NCBI GenBank assembly: GCA_964016885.1
Contig: OZ024743.1
Coordinates: 307,458,001-307,522,000 of the forward strand
Length of the DNA: 64,000 bases
Direction of reading: 5' to 3'
Source: Eledone cirrhosa
Lineage: Eukaryota
The notes under the pieces were generated by a model. It did no database searches and was not told the DNA's origin. It was given only the letters and a program-made list of their open reading frames with translations. Numbering within the stretch: the stretch's first letter is position 1; each line of letters begins with the position of its first letter. Shown piece by piece: positions 1 to 13,154 of this stretch. A program made the translations under genes and the position numbers.

Positions 1-86
1 AAAGTGTCTTCCTCGAGGAAACAACGCATCACCCGGTCCTTTCGATTGCAAGCCCAGTGCTCTAACCACTAAGCCATGCACCTTCA
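1..86 (-). mobile_element. tRNA-derived SINE (family S1, CORE-like) 5' part
   Basis: Reverse complement reads GCATGGCTTAGTGGTTAGAGCA...GCAATCGAAAGG...GGAAGACACTTT, the same head as the copies at 4707-5098, 22186 and 22555. Confidence 0.8.
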
Positions 87-87
87 C

Positions 88-545
88 AACCAGCATGAAT
101 CGATTCAGCCATCTCGGAATTCAGTCAGAGCCACCCGGGTTTTAATGTACTAGCTTCACACCACTCTACTGTTATTAGCTGTCAACCGATCATTAAATCA
201 ACATCATGAATATATATATATATATAATATATATGCAAGCGTTGAAGATGGACGTTAAATGATGATGATGATGATATATATATATATATATTATATATAT
301 ATAAACATATATATATTATATATATATATTATATATATGGTGATTAAGGTCTGGTAGACTGATTGTTTTATCTTAATGGAAGTGATGCGGCTATAGAGAA
401 ATGCTGGGACATTCATGATGTTGATTTAATGATCGGTTGGTCGGTTGACAGCTAATAACAGTGGAGTGGTGTGAAGCTAGTACATTAAAACCCGGGTGGC
501 TCTGACTGAATTCCGAGATTGCTGGATCGATTCATGCCAGTTGTG
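88..545. repeat. ~125-bp inverted repeat (88-210 vs 411-545) around (TA)n
   Basis: GGAATTCAGTCAGAGCCACCCGGGTTTTAATGTACTAGC is mirrored by GCTAGTACATTAAAACCCGGGTGGCTCTGACTGAATTCC. Confidence 0.9.
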
Positions 546-960
546 GTTTAAAGTTAGAGTACTTGGTAGCTGCTTTGTGCCTACAGAAAATTGTTCGTTC
601 TATCTTGTTGTTAAGCAGCATTTTATCATACTTTAAAATATGGAGCAGTTCTATATTGCAAAGTCTGCAGTGGGACATACCATTTTTGTAGGCCCTTACA
701 CCCGATAACTTCGACCAGCTAATCTCATAATCCTAGTTGATGTCCTTAAGCTGCCAGATCTTATTGGCCAGCGTCGTCGAGTTCTCTAGTCTACGGTTTT
801 TTATAGAATGCCAATGCACATACCATCTTTTTTTGAAATCCCACAGCTGTAGAACCTATGTAGTGCCATGCTAGGTTGCCTGATTTGATAGTACACAGGT
901 ACACTATACTTGATTCTAGGCATTGTACAAGAAACCCAAACTGGAGAAGGAAGCTAACCC
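545..960 (-). pseudogene. Penelope-like element, GIY-YIG endonuclease remnant
   Basis: Minus-strand translation gives VYLCTIK...HYIGST...STTLANKIWQLK...CRLCNIE...LLNNK...CRHK, colinear with ORF 11167-11736. Confidence 0.75.
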
Positions 961-3311
961 CTTTACAGGAGAAGAAAACCTGGGCATAGTGGATTCACTT
1001 CAATAAAAAAAATGAGAAATGGGCAAGAATTCATCATTGACAATCAATGAGTTGTACCCTACTGTCCTCTTCTTACAAAAACTTTCAAAGCCAGCCCATA
1101 TCAATGTTGAATTCTGTAACTCTGTTAAGTCTATTAAGTATGTTTGCAAATATATAAACAAAGATTTAGATGCTGCAACATACACTCTTATGCAGATTGT
1201 CAGTCAGCAGATAAATAAAAATGACAAAGTTGTACAGTATGAGAGAGGAAGATACATCAGTACCAATGAGGCTTTTTCACGCATCTTCAATTTTCCCATT
1301 CATGAGAGACACCCAGCCATCATTCATCTGAGTGTCCATCTAGAGAATGGCCAAAACAAACAAACAGCCTTGCAACAAACACTTTCTCCAAAAGAAACTA
1401 CCCTTACTGCATTTTTTAAATTGTGTCAAGAAGATGAAGATGCAAGAAAATGCCTTTACTTAGAATTACCCAAGTATTATACCAGGAGAAACAATAATTG
1501 GCACAAGAGAGAATGTGGGGCTGACGCTCTTGCAAAAGTTTAGTGTCCACCCAAGCCAAGCAGAATTCTACTACTTACGGCTCCTTTTGCTTGAAGTACG
1601 TGGTCCCAAATCATTCCAAGATTTGAGGAGAGTAAGTGGTCATGTGTGTGAAACTTATAGGGAAGTATGCTATCAACAAGGTTTTTTAGAAAATGATGAG
1701 CATTGGGACCTTGCATAGACTGAAACAGCAATGTCAGATTCTCCAAGGAAGCTCCATAACCTTTTTGCAATTATGCTGAACATGTGTCAACTTGGCAGTC
1801 ACCTACAGCTTTGGATGAAACGCCATGAGGACATGGCTGAGGAATTAAAGTATGCAGTTCATCAGGCAAACTTAGATATCAATACTCAGTTCTCTGAAAA
1901 AAATTTTAACCAAGCACTGATTGAAATTGAGGATCAAGTTTTGGCCATGGGAGGCAAAAATTTGCAAGAATCTGTCTCTGGACTGCCAAAAACAAACCAT
2001 CAAATTAGTAATTTAACTTCAAAAAACATAGCAAGAGGGGCAAATTATGACATCACAGAGTTGGCTGCATTTGTGAATGAACATGACCCTAAACGCTATG
2101 CATAGATAAAATTATTTTGTCAGTCAGAGAAAAAAGTGGAGGAATTTTCTTTCTTGATGCTTCTGGTGGCACAGATAAAATATTTGTAACATTGCTTCTC
2201 TCCAAGGTAAGATAACAAAAAAGAATTGCAGAATTGCAGTTGGTGTAGCATCGTCTGGCATTGCTGCCACCCTTTTCCCAGGAGGACAAGCAGCTCATTC
2301 TGCTTTTAAATTACCGCTAAACCTGGTCACAAATGACAATCCAATTTGTAACTTAAGCAAAGGTTCAGGTTCAGCAGAAGTGTTGCGCCAATGCCATCTG
2401 ATAATTTGGATGAATGTACCATGTCACATAGAGGTACAATGGAAGCTCTTGATAAGACCTTACAGGACGTAAGAGGCAACAATAAATCTATGGGAGGAGT
2501 TACATTAGTTTTATCAGGAGACTTCAGACAGACATTACCAGTCATTCCGAGAGGAATCAGAGCTGATGAAATAAAAGCATGCATTAAGTCTTCGTACTTA
2601 TGGAATAAAATACAGAAATTCTCTTCAATACTAACATGCGACCTTTATTATATGGGGACCAATGTGCAGAACAGCTTTCAACCTGGCTCCTCCAATTAGG
2701 AAATGGGAAAATACCAATTGATGGGAATGGTAATATAAATTTGGCTCATATTGCTATCATGGTGAATTCCCCAGCTGAATTGAAGAACCGGGTATTTCCA
2801 GATTTAAGTAATAATTATAATTCACATAAATGATTGTGTGAAAGGGCAATTCTTGCTTCAAAAAATAAGACAGTAGCAAGGATTAACCATGAATTAATGA
2901 ATAAGACTCCAACGGACATTAAGGAGTACAAATCAGTTGATTCAGTCCTTGATGAAAATCAAGCTGTCCACTACCCAACAGAGTTCTTTAATTCTCTTGA
3001 ACTTCCTGGAACTCTTCCACATAAACTTTTTCTGAAGGTAGGAGTCCCAATAATGCTTCTAAGAAATTTAGATCCTCCTAAATTATGCAATGGGACAAGG
3101 TTGATTATGAAGACATTATCACCTAATGTGATAGAAGCTACCATCATCACTGGATGTGCTTCTGGAGAATAGGTTTTCATTCCAAGAATTCTAATCAAAT
3201 CAACAGACATGCCATTTGAGTTCAAACGAACACAATTCCCAGTGTGACTTTGCTTCGCAATGTCTATTAATAAAGCTCAAGGTCAACTTTATGTTGGTTG
3301 CTCCAGGGTGG

Positions 3312-3726
3312 TGTAGCGAAGCGACACCTGTCGGGTGCTTGGGGACAACTGTGCAGAGTTACCTGCACATAGCTCTGACGTCACCAAAAATATTTCACTC
3401 TCCGGCGGCGACTTGCGAAGAGACAACACGCATAATTTTGGAGCTGACTTCTGCTTATGAAGAGATGATTTCTGCCTTCTCTCCCTAGAGATGACTCCTG
3501 CTTATGAAGAGATGACTCCTGCCTTCTCTCTCTCTCGTCTTTATACGCTCCAGTCTTGGAGTCGAGACCAACTCATCAACTACACCATCACGACACGTGG
3601 TAAAATATTTCTATTGTATTATTATTGACTCCTGTGATATAAAACTTTGTACAAACACACACCAGCCATTCTTATTCTTTTTAATATTATTGCAAGTAAT
3701 ATATACACTAATACCAGTCATCTAAA
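3312..3726. mobile_element. Probable solo LTR inserted in Helitron helicase motif VI
   Basis: Starts TGTAGCG, interrupts the coding CSRV|GS, imperfect flanking repeat GGTGG/GTTGG; the other end is degenerate. Confidence 0.5.
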
Positions 3727-3980
3727 GTTGGTAGTTTACAAGACTTATTTTGCCTATGCTCCAAACCAAAAAATAGAAAATGCTGTTTACCCAGAAGGTC
3801 TTATGTAATTTCCTCAACATATGTTATAGAATTTATCTCCCTTCATAAAAGTGGTAAATTTTGTATTTTTATTTATTATTATTATTTTTTTTTTTTTGAA
3901 GACTAAATTGAATTTAGAATAACAAATTTCTATACAACATATTTTGATATTTTTTCTCATATATAAGGAACAATTTAATT

Positions 3981-4008
3981 CCTGGGCAACGCCGGGTTCC
4001 TCTGCTAG
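3981..4008 (+). other. Helitron 3' terminal hairpin and CTAG end
   Basis: CCTGG-GCAACG-CCGGG hairpin, then CTAG followed by T. Confidence 0.88.
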
Positions 4009-4320
4009 TATACATATATTCACATAGTTCATATATACATACAATATATGTGCATACACTCAGTAAATGAATTGAAAACAAATATGAGATATTATACAAC
4101 TATACATACATAGAACATATATATATAGATATCATATTTAACAAATCTAAATATACAACATATACATGCATAGAATATGTATACAGATATCATATTATGT
4201 GTGGTCAAGACTTATACCTCGAGGGTGATATAATTCAATATTTTATTTTGGGGCCAAAATTCAAAATCCGAATATAATATATAAATATATATATACACAC
4301 ACACACACAGATATATATAT

Positions 4321-4433
4321 CAGTTCCTGTATGAGCAAGACAAGGTCACCCGACCTAACATTGCCCATAACAGGACAACCCATCTAACCCATGCTAGCAT
4401 GGAAGAATGGGCGTAAAATGGTGATGATGATGA
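4321..4433 (+). mobile_element. RTE LINE 3' tail fragment
   Basis: AACCCATGCTAGCATGGAAG...GTAAAATG(ATG)n, matches the RTE end at 15420-15532. Confidence 0.7.
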
Positions 4434-4706
4434 TACCCACATATATACGCAATAGATATACATGAAAAAAAAAGCCACACTGATTAGCAAACCAAGTTAG
4501 TATTGCAGTTAGTAATTTAATTTAAATTTACATAAGCAGGTAAAGATTATGGTAGGTGAGGAGAAGTGAGCTCCAAGTATCAATTTCTCTAATATGCGGT
4601 GTCTGGTGGTTCTGCTCCTGTATTTGGGGATGGGCCATTAATAGGCGTTGCTACCCTGTTTATGTCTTAGAATTCAGGTAAAAAAGTTGGTTTAAAGTAG
4701 GACATA

Positions 4707-5098
4707 TCATCATCATCATCATCATCATTTTACGTCCACTTTTCCCTGCATGCAAGGGTGGGACGGGAACTGATTCTGGCTTGATTTCTACAGCTGGATG
4801 CCCTTCCTAACACCAACCTCATTTACAGTGAGTGCTGGGTGCTTTTTTTCCGTGGCACCTACACGACTAGTTTACAGTGTGGGCTGGGTGCTTTTTTGCC
4901 GTGGCACCTCCACGACCACTTTGCAGTGGAATGATAGGGAACCCAGTCCTATCATCTCATTTCTACAGCTCAGTAAACTGGAGCAATGTGAAATAAAGTG
5001 TCTTGCTCAAGGAAACAACACATCATCCGGTCTGAGAATTGAACTCACAACCTTTCGATTGCAAGGCCAATGTTCTAACCACTAAGCCATGTGCCTCC
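4707..5098 (-). mobile_element. SINE family S1, full length (tRNA head, CORE-like body, RTE-like tail with (GAT)n)
   Basis: A box TGGCTTAGTGG, B box GAGTTCAATTC, TCCTTGAGCAAGACACTT core, tail GGAAGGGCATCCAGCTGTAGAAA...GGACGTAAAATGATG. Confidence 0.85.
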
Positions 5099-5289
5099 AT
5101 TTATATATATATATATATTTAGTACAGATTAAAGTTTAAGCAAAGAATCACTGCTTTCACCCTTTTACGGGATCTTCTGAAACCATTTGCTCTACGGGTT
5201 TATATATATTTTTTATTACATCTATATATATATATACAATCCTTTTCGAACTCTCTTTGGATTTTTGTCTTCGTAATTATTATTACTAT

Positions 5290-5327
<38 letters not shown>

Positions 5328-5430
5328 CAAAATTAAGATAATCAAAATTATGGGTGTCATGCCAGAAAGACATGCGCCATATCACCCGCAAAATAAGCTC
5401 TAAGATTCTAACGAATAGGTCCGAGCATTT

Positions 5431-5517
5431 TATAATAACTAGAAATTGATTAACATATAAATAAACATTATCTCCTGTGATTATTCATGTTTATTTATAT
5501 GTTAATCAATTTCTAGT

Positions 5518-5524
<7 letters not shown>
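5431..5524. repeat. Perfect 38-bp inverted repeat with 18-nt loop
   Basis: TATAATAACTAGAAATTGATTAACATATAAATAAACAT (5431-5468) and its exact reverse complement (5487-5524). Confidence 0.9.
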
Positions 5525-5574
<50 letters not shown>

Positions 5575-5589
5575 TATATATACACATAT

Positions 5590-6020
5590 AAAGACTTAAA
5601 ATTAGGTTACGGTTAACATCAAGAACATTTATAGCCTTTGTATTTCTATCTAAGTCATATTCTTTGAAGAACCTATGTAGATGTTTTTTTAATATTTTCT
5701 ATATTCCTGTTATTTCTTTTTATAATAAAGAGGGCATCATCTCGATATAAGCCTCCTTGGATATGCGAGCAGTATTTTCTTAGTTTGTTCAGTAGGAAAA
5801 TACCTAAATCAGTGACTTGGGCAGAGTCACTAGATCCCATAGTTACATCAAAGTTTTCAGGGCTGTCTTTACATGCCAGGATGATGTCAATTTCTTCCCT
5901 AGTAAGGCTACTAGCAGATTTAGACATAATTAATGCCCTATTTAAGAGATTGAGTGAGACAGATGAGTAGTATGCATCTATGTCAAATTGTATGAAGCTT
6001 AATTTATTTTTATCATCTAG
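5590..6020 (-). pseudogene. Penelope-like RT fragment
   Basis: FIQFDIDAYYSS...FDVTMGSSDSAQVTDLG...GGLYRDD, homologous to 11834-12781. Confidence 0.85.
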
Positions 6021-6037
6021 TATATATATATATTTAT

Positions 6038-6444
6038 AAGACCTGCCTTGCCTAAGTGTAAAGCGAAACCTACAGTCAGTAGGCACCTCTTACCAAAATA
6101 CACCCCGTCCCACTACCCCCACCTCATCGACCCCCCCCCCTTTCGATGTAAAGTTATGTTGGTACCTCAAAATCCAGTCCTAAATAAATGAGGTCGTGTA
6201 GGTGTCACGACAAAAAAAACACACAGTCCACGCTGTAATGTGGCCATGTAGGTAACACGGTAAAAACCTCCCAGTCCACACTGTAAACGTGGTTGGTGTT
6301 AGGAAGGGCATCCAGCCGTAGAAAACCCGCCAGATAGTCCTATACGAGCGAGACAACCAATCTTGCCTCAAGTGGGAAAATTACTGTCCAAACCCATGCT
6401 AGCGTGGAAGATGGACGTTAAACAATGATGATAATGATGATGAT
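6038..6444 (+). mobile_element. 5'-truncated RTE LINE (3'UTR plus (GAT)n tail)
   Basis: Colinear with 23890-24293, the 3'UTR of the RTE ORF. Confidence 0.85.
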
Positions 6445-6628
6445 ATATATAATAATAAAAATATTTATACTTATATATAATCTATATACAATTATAAATA
6501 AGATATGGGTAATATTTTGTATTACCCAATTACCAGTAAGAAAATTAACTCAATGTAAAATATCAGATATATATCAGAGCAGAAATACAACATAGAAAAC
6601 AATCAAATTTTCGTTTAATGCATTTACT

Positions 6629-6675
6629 TGCTGACAATCATTTCTTCCAGACAAATGTCTGGAATCATCAGAGCA
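6629..6675 (-). ncRNA. Minimal type I hammerhead ribozyme in pLTR
   Basis: UGCU-CUGAUGA-[UUCCAGAC auuu GUCUGGAA]-GAAA-UGAUUG-UC-AGCA. Confidence 0.8.
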
Positions 6676-7585
6676 TATACAATGTTAAAACAAATAAATA
6701 AATTCCTAATCTTTAGAACATTCATTAAGATACATTATAATTATTAGTGTCAGTAACAATATATTGGAGAGCAAGAACACAATATAAAATAATTAAAAAA
6801 AATTACAATGTAAAGATATTAAAATATTGAAAAGTATTATAAAGAGAGTATTACTTAAAGTCAATATATCAAGCATATCATACAAAGAATGTAAATAATA
6901 GCATGCATTAAGGTAAGACAGATGTGAAGTAGTAGCATGCATATATGTGTTATATAAGCATTATATGATGAATTAGTTATAGGCAAAAATGTTTATGCAA
7001 GAGATTTTATAAAAAATTAAATAAAGTTTATGTAGAAAATGTTAATATCTATAGTTGTAACGTGTGTAAGGAATAAGTATAGAATTGTAAATTTCAAATA
7101 AATATATAAAACAAACATTTAATTCAAAGGTATGAGGTTATAAGGTACTTCTTTAGCTCGATGTTCTTGTGCGATAATCGGTGTTTGAATATTATCCAAG
7201 TTGACATTCCTCAAAGTAATACACCAAGTTACATTACGGTTAAGGTCCAAACATTAAGCTTGTAAGAAACCTTAAGATTGTGATGGTATTAATATGTTGA
7301 TAATAACGGTTACATCTTGAAAAAGTTAATAAAATAAGGAGTTAATAAAATAAGGAAGGTAATTAAGAAAATAAAAAATTTTAAGAGATCTTTTATATAC
7401 TAAAAAAAATATAAACAATATAAACACTTATAATATTGATATATTTATCTATAATTTATAAATTTATTTATTTATTTATTTTTTAATTTATCCTTTTCTA
7501 AATTATATAAAGAATGGCAAAGTATTAATTTGGAGAGGAATTTATTTAGTAGTGGATAATATATGTTGGAATAAAGTATGCATCG

Positions 7586-7766
7586 GATTGGCAGTATCGG
7601 TAGAGAGTCGGATGCCATGGTTTGCAGCACAGTTACGTCCCTTTACGGACCGAGTTCAAATCCCGCCAAGGTTAACTTTGCCTTTCATCCTTACGGGGTC
7701 GATAAAATAAAGTACCAGTAATGTACTGGGTAATTGCTGGCCTTGTGTCATAAGTAGAAACAACTA
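7586..7766 (+). mobile_element. SINE family S2 (tRNA head, GCCTTTCATCC...GGTCGATAAAAT core, Tx1-like tail)
   Basis: B box GAGTTCAAATCC; same body as 25438 and 29963; core resembles the Meta-SINE domain (from recall). Confidence 0.85.
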
Positions 7767-9090
7767 TTACCAGTTACCTCATGTGTGTTATATTTATTTA
7801 GAAATGAAATAATAAAATGGAAGATACTTTAAAAGGGAAAACATAGTAGGGTACATAATGTGTTTATTTAATCTTTTTATGGTTAATAGCGTAATAATGC
7901 ATAAATAAAGTATATGATCTGTAGTAGACAAAAGAAGTTACAAAGAGTGTATTAATATATTAAGGTTTTGGTAATAGTTTGATAATTAAGTGAGAAAAAG
8001 GATATATGATAAAATAGGCCTAAGTTAATGGGGTGGTCAGGTTTATTAAATAATGTGATAGGTTCATTGCTCTATATAGGGGGGAGTTCTATAAATGAAT
8101 ACAAAATAATAGGAAATGAGATCATGAAAATTCAAGTGTTAATGGGAACGAGGGTTTAGATCTGACATTGTTATAAATTAGCTGCTAGGTTTGAAATAGT
8201 GAAGAGTGTTGGTGAGAGTGTGGACACGTAGAGAATATTTATGACTTTCTATTTAATAGGTTTAATTTCAAATAAATAATAGTGCGAGACTCTAGGAGAC
8301 AGAGGTTACAGAATTTGTTGGGTGGTTTATAAGAGTGGCCTTTAGCTAACACAACCCATTCTAGGGCGAAAGGTTTATTGAAGATATATATGTAGATAAT
8401 GAAGTAGGGTGTTTTAGTTTAGAATTTCTAAAAATGTGAAGATGCGAGTCTTAAAGCTATTTGAGGTGGAACTAATATAAGTTTGCGAAATTGCAGGTGT
8501 AGTGACTGTGCAGGAATAAACAATATCTTTAATTAGGCAATTTTTTCTCAGGGGGCAAATTTTATTTGGTCTAGAGTTACGATTGGTCTGGTTATTGGTA
8601 TATTGATCTAAAGGGTATTTGGTTGTATGGTTATTATAGTTAGTAATGTGAGTGTTGAGATTATGGTAATTATTATTATTACTATTAATATTAATGTCAT
8701 TAATATTAGTACTATTACTATTGTTGTTCCTAACACTCTCATGTATTAAGTTATTATGATGGTAATTTCTATGTTGAGAGTTATTAACTTGGTGTAATTG
8801 GAAATATTTATTAATCTTTTTATTTCTGCTAGCTATGTGGTTCGCAATGTTACCTTAATGCATGCTATTATTTACATTCTTTGTATGATATGCTTGATAT
8901 ATTGACTTTAAGTAATACTCTCTTTATAATACTTTTCAATATTTTAATATCTTTACATTGTAATTTTTTTTATTATTTTATTTTGTTCTTCTTGCTCTTC
9001 AATATATTGTTACTGACACTAATAATTATAATGTATCTTAATGAATGTTCTAAAGATTAGGAATTTATTTATTTGTTTTAACATTGTATA

Positions 9091-9137
9091 TGCTCTGATG
9101 ATTCCAGACATTTGTCTGGAAGAAATGATTGTCAGCA
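9091..9137 (+). ncRNA. Minimal type I hammerhead ribozyme in inverted pLTR
   Basis: TGCT CTGATGA TTCCAGAC attt GTCTGGAA GAAA TGATTG TC AGCA; 8-bp stem II and complete catalytic core. Confidence 0.8.
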
Positions 9138-9199
9138 AGTAAATGCATTAAACAAAAATTTGATTGTTTTCAATGTTGTGTATATATATATATATATAT

Positions 9200-12100
9200 A
9201 TTAATTCAAAATATTAACAAAATAGATATCCTTGTGATCAAGTATATTTTATTATACATATTTCAGAGGTACTGAGTTAAGTTCAACAGTACGTCCTCAT
9301 CTGATAAAATAAGATGATGCATGACATACCCTGACATAGTAGATGGTTAATATTCAGTCATGGTAGTGAGTAATATATGAGAAAACTCAATATTTATATA
9401 CCTTAATATTGAGAACATGAGAAATATATAATACATACAATAGAGAGGGTGCGTGTGAGACAGCTTAAAAAATACATGGCATCAATATAACTGTTAAAAA
9501 AATTTAAATTACTGAAGAAAGAGGAAAGAAAGGAAAGCATAGAGGAAGAAACAGCTGATGGGATAATATAGTTAGTAGGTGCCTCGAAAGACAGAAGAGA
9601 GTTGATTACAGAGAGAGAGAGACAAAGGGGAATAATTTATCCTTATATACAATATATATCTAAACTTATTTGGTTGACCGTTAATATTCAAAATATTTAA
9701 TTTAAGTTAGTTCAGAGTAATGAATAATATTTTAGGTTTTAAAAGTTAATAGGTATCTGTATTAATATTAAAGTATACTATCAAGTTTAATTTCTAAAAT
9801 TCAAATTTTATGAAATCAAAATTAAAGGATTTACAAACACGAGAAAGAAAACAATGTTTTTACAACCTCACGAAGATAAATTTTACAAAAATTATTTATA
9901 ATATTGACAACAGTTTATATAATATAATTTATAAAATAATTACAGTTATAATTATTAAAGAATTTATGATTAACAATTTGAGTGCCTAAAGGATCAATAG
10001 GCCTTATAATTAAATTAAACTTAAAGAGGTCTGAATTTTAAATTACATATATGTGTTAATCAAAAAAATATACAAGGATTATATTGTCTAAAGACTTAAG
10101 GTGATACCTTTCAAATATACATAACATAATACAATAATACAATATAGTAAATAAGTTACTGAAAATATTGTTAAAAATTAATGTTTTATATCAATTATTG
10201 TAAAAGGGTCATTTAGTTGATATATACTATAAATATATAAGTCAAAACTACATGAGTCCTAAGGATAAGGGCTAGATACAAAATAAAAAGTGAAAAATAA
10301 TGAATTGTTTGCGAAACATAAAAATGCCCAATATTAAAAATATAGTTTAAAATATAAGAGGGTTTTAATATATAGTAGATAAAAGATACTTCTAAAATGT
10401 CCAGTGAATGTGATAGAAAGAGGAGCTAAAGACTTGAAAAAGCTGAAGGTACTCTAAATTTAATTAAAATAAATTAAATTATATTAAATTAAGTAATAAT
10501 CATTATATAATTTCGAACATCCAGGGAATATCTAACATTTATAACAACAGAGAGTCATTAGAGTATCTAAATTATTTATAAATGTAACTACGAGCATGTT
10601 ATTATACTAGATAAACATATTGGTACAACTATATAGAGAGAGTATTATAGGTATTAATGAAACGATATACATTTAATAAATAAATAATTACAATCATTAT
10701 TAGTAATGCTATAATTGTAGTTTAACCTCCAGTTCTGTGGAAATAGAGACCAATATTTGTCGACTAGTATGGTTTGTTATATTTATACCTAGATATATAT
10801 AAAAATGTATAAGTGCAAATCTAACTTTCTGAGTCCCCAAAATCTACCCAAAATGAGTAAAATATATGAATGCATGAATGATCTACGGTTCAATTATAAC
10901 TGGTAATCTTACAAGTTAAATATCCAAATTATATATTTAATACAGAGACAAATAAATAAAAATCCGTATCTAAATTATAAATATCTAAAATAATCCAAAG
11001 GTGTGCATATTTATCAAGAGAACAAGTTACCAAATAATATGTTTATATACCTAAACAGGATCCTTCATTCTAACATTAATTCTATCATAAATGATTAGAA
11101 AATAAAGTATTATTAAAGTTTTATAAACTGTTATAACGTTTTAGGTCCAACAGTTGATAAGAGACGTCAAAAATTAAAGCCTGTTTGTTTAGTGTTTTTT
11201 CCTGACTTTTGTGAGGCTTGGAATGTAGACAGAGCTTTATGAAGGCAGTTTGAGAATAATTCACTTTTTTTGTTAATTAAGTTTTCATAATTAGTAATTA
11301 TTAATACGGTCTCCTTTGTGCAGAGGTTGCAGTTAGTTGATATAGACGAGTTCGAGTATATTTTACTATTACAAAGCTTCGTCCAAAAAATCGAGTATTT
11401 TAAATTTTTGTCTTTTAATGACCATATAAGTTGTGATAAAGAAGTCGAAGACTGCCTATTAAAATTCGAAAATGAGCATTTGTGATTCGCAAATCTCAAT
11501 TTAAATGTCGAAGAAGTTGCCCCTATGTAGTTGTATGTGTTGTTATTTGTTTTTACGGTGCATTTATACACCAAATTTCTATCCAGACAATTATTTTGCA
11601 GAGGGCAATCTGGTTTATTTCTACAATTACATTTCGATTTATTATTATTTATATTAACACTATTATTAACAGCATTATGCCGATTTTGGTTTAGAATTCT
11701 ACTATTTAGTTTAGCGATGTTTTGTGCCATATTCATAGTAGTAGAATAAGAAAGCTTAATTGTGTGTCTATTAAATATGGAATGGTATTTATGTTGACTA
11801 GGGAAGGAATTATCTAAAGCCTTAAAGAATAGATTAGCTAGTGGTGTTCTTACTGCTACAGAAGCAGGGAGGCGGGGGGAACCATATAACTGATTTAGTT
11901 CTGGTTCTTTTCCTCGATTTATTCACAGAACAGGTGTTTGAATTATAATGTTTAGAATTTCGTTTATATATGCCAGTCATATTACTATTCTTTTTATCAG
12001 GATTAAGATTCGGATTATTATTGTCTATATATTCTATATTATTTTTATAACCTGCCTTTCTTAGCGCATCATTGTAGTATCCTGCTTTTTCATCAAATAT

Positions 12101-13096
12101 TGATTTATTGGCAGATATTCTAGTTATGCGTTTCTGTACACTATTAACAATTGCATTTTTCACAGATTTAGGGTGATTAGAGTAATAACTAACGTAATTT
12201 AAGTTTTCATTGGGCTTATGGAAAGGGTAATAAAAACCAGAGTTTAAGTTAAGGGTAACATCAAAGAAATTAACTATTTTGGTACCACTTTCTACCTCTA
12301 ATTTAAGGTCGTAATTTAAAAAAAATTCAATTATATTTTTCTTTACCCTATTTAGTTCTGTATTGTTGTGTTTAACAACCGTAAATAAAATATCGTCCCT
12401 ATATAAACCTCCGGTAATCTCTGGCAGTTTTCTATTTATCATATTTAAGATGAAAATCCCCAGAAGATCCATGACTTGCGCTGAGTCCGATGATCCCATG
12501 GTAATGTCGAAGTTTCTATTTCTATCTGAGCGGGTCCAATACTCATTGTTGAAATTAATTAGAGTTCTTCTAGCAGTTAATATGATATCGATTTCATCCG
12601 TAGTTAGATCTGTATGTTTGTAAGCATAGGATAAAGCCTTATTTAGTAGGTTAGGCGTAATGGAAGAGTAATAGCTTATGTCCATCTGGATGAATTTATG
12701 GTTTTTCTTATCTATATTTTTATACCAATCAATCACTTCATTTGTATCCTTCCACAAGCTCAATTTAGACCTCAATTTCAAAATAGGTAGAATTCTATCA
12801 ATAATATTTTTACTGATTACTCCAATATCCGATTTGGATGGAGCAATCAGTCTAACTGGCAGGTCTTCCTCAAAGTTTCTTTTGTGATCTTTAAAATTGA
12901 TCCTCGGCTGCCTAGGTATAAGAGGCTCAGTTCTTCCTTCAATTTCTAATTTTGTAATTAATTTATATGCATCATTATTGATGTCTGTAAGATCTTCGGC
13001 CGGGGCTTTTTTTATAATTTTTCCTTAGTTCTTTTAAAATCAAATCATTATATTCTTCTTTATTTATGCATCATGTCCAATTCTTTGTTTAACTTT

Positions 13097-13100
<4 letters not shown>
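9200..13100 (-). mobile_element. Penelope-like element (RT with GGLYRDD plus GIY-YIG), long 3' region, flanked by (TA)n
   Basis: ORF 11834-12781 is the RT; ORF 11167-11736 has CNCRNKPDCPL...VYKC...YIGAT...CNLC; frameshifted. Confidence 0.9.
9245..9311 (-). ncRNA. Hammerhead ribozyme, probably inactive (core CAGAUGA)
   Basis: UAUUUUAU-CAGAUGA-stem II (GUACUG/CAGUAC)-GAAA-UAUGUA-UA-AUAAAAUA; U4 changed to A. Confidence 0.7.

Positions 13101-13149
<49 letters not shown>

Positions 13150-13154
<5 letters not shown>

Larger units (their letters stand above)
990..4008 (+). mobile_element. Helitron, decayed Rep-helicase (PIF1-like), 5'-truncated, intact 3' end
   Basis: Rep motif AHINVEFCNSVKSIKYVCKYINK; helicase motifs DECTM, GDFRQTLPVI, MLLRNLDPPKLCNGTRL, INKAQGQ, LYVGCSRV; many stops and frameshifts. 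Confidence 0.92.
6586..9180 (-). mobile_element. 5'-truncated Penelope-like element with inverted pLTRs (6586-6916 / 8850-9180)
   Basis: ~330-bp near-identical inverted repeats; minus strand ~8250-8570 encodes a GIY-YIG remnant CPLRKNCLIKDIVYSC...TYISSTS. Confidence 0.85.

Noticed and set aside
1019-3290. Host PIF1 helicase gene
   Set aside because: Fused to a Rep domain, intronless, decayed and followed by a Helitron hairpin-CTAG end
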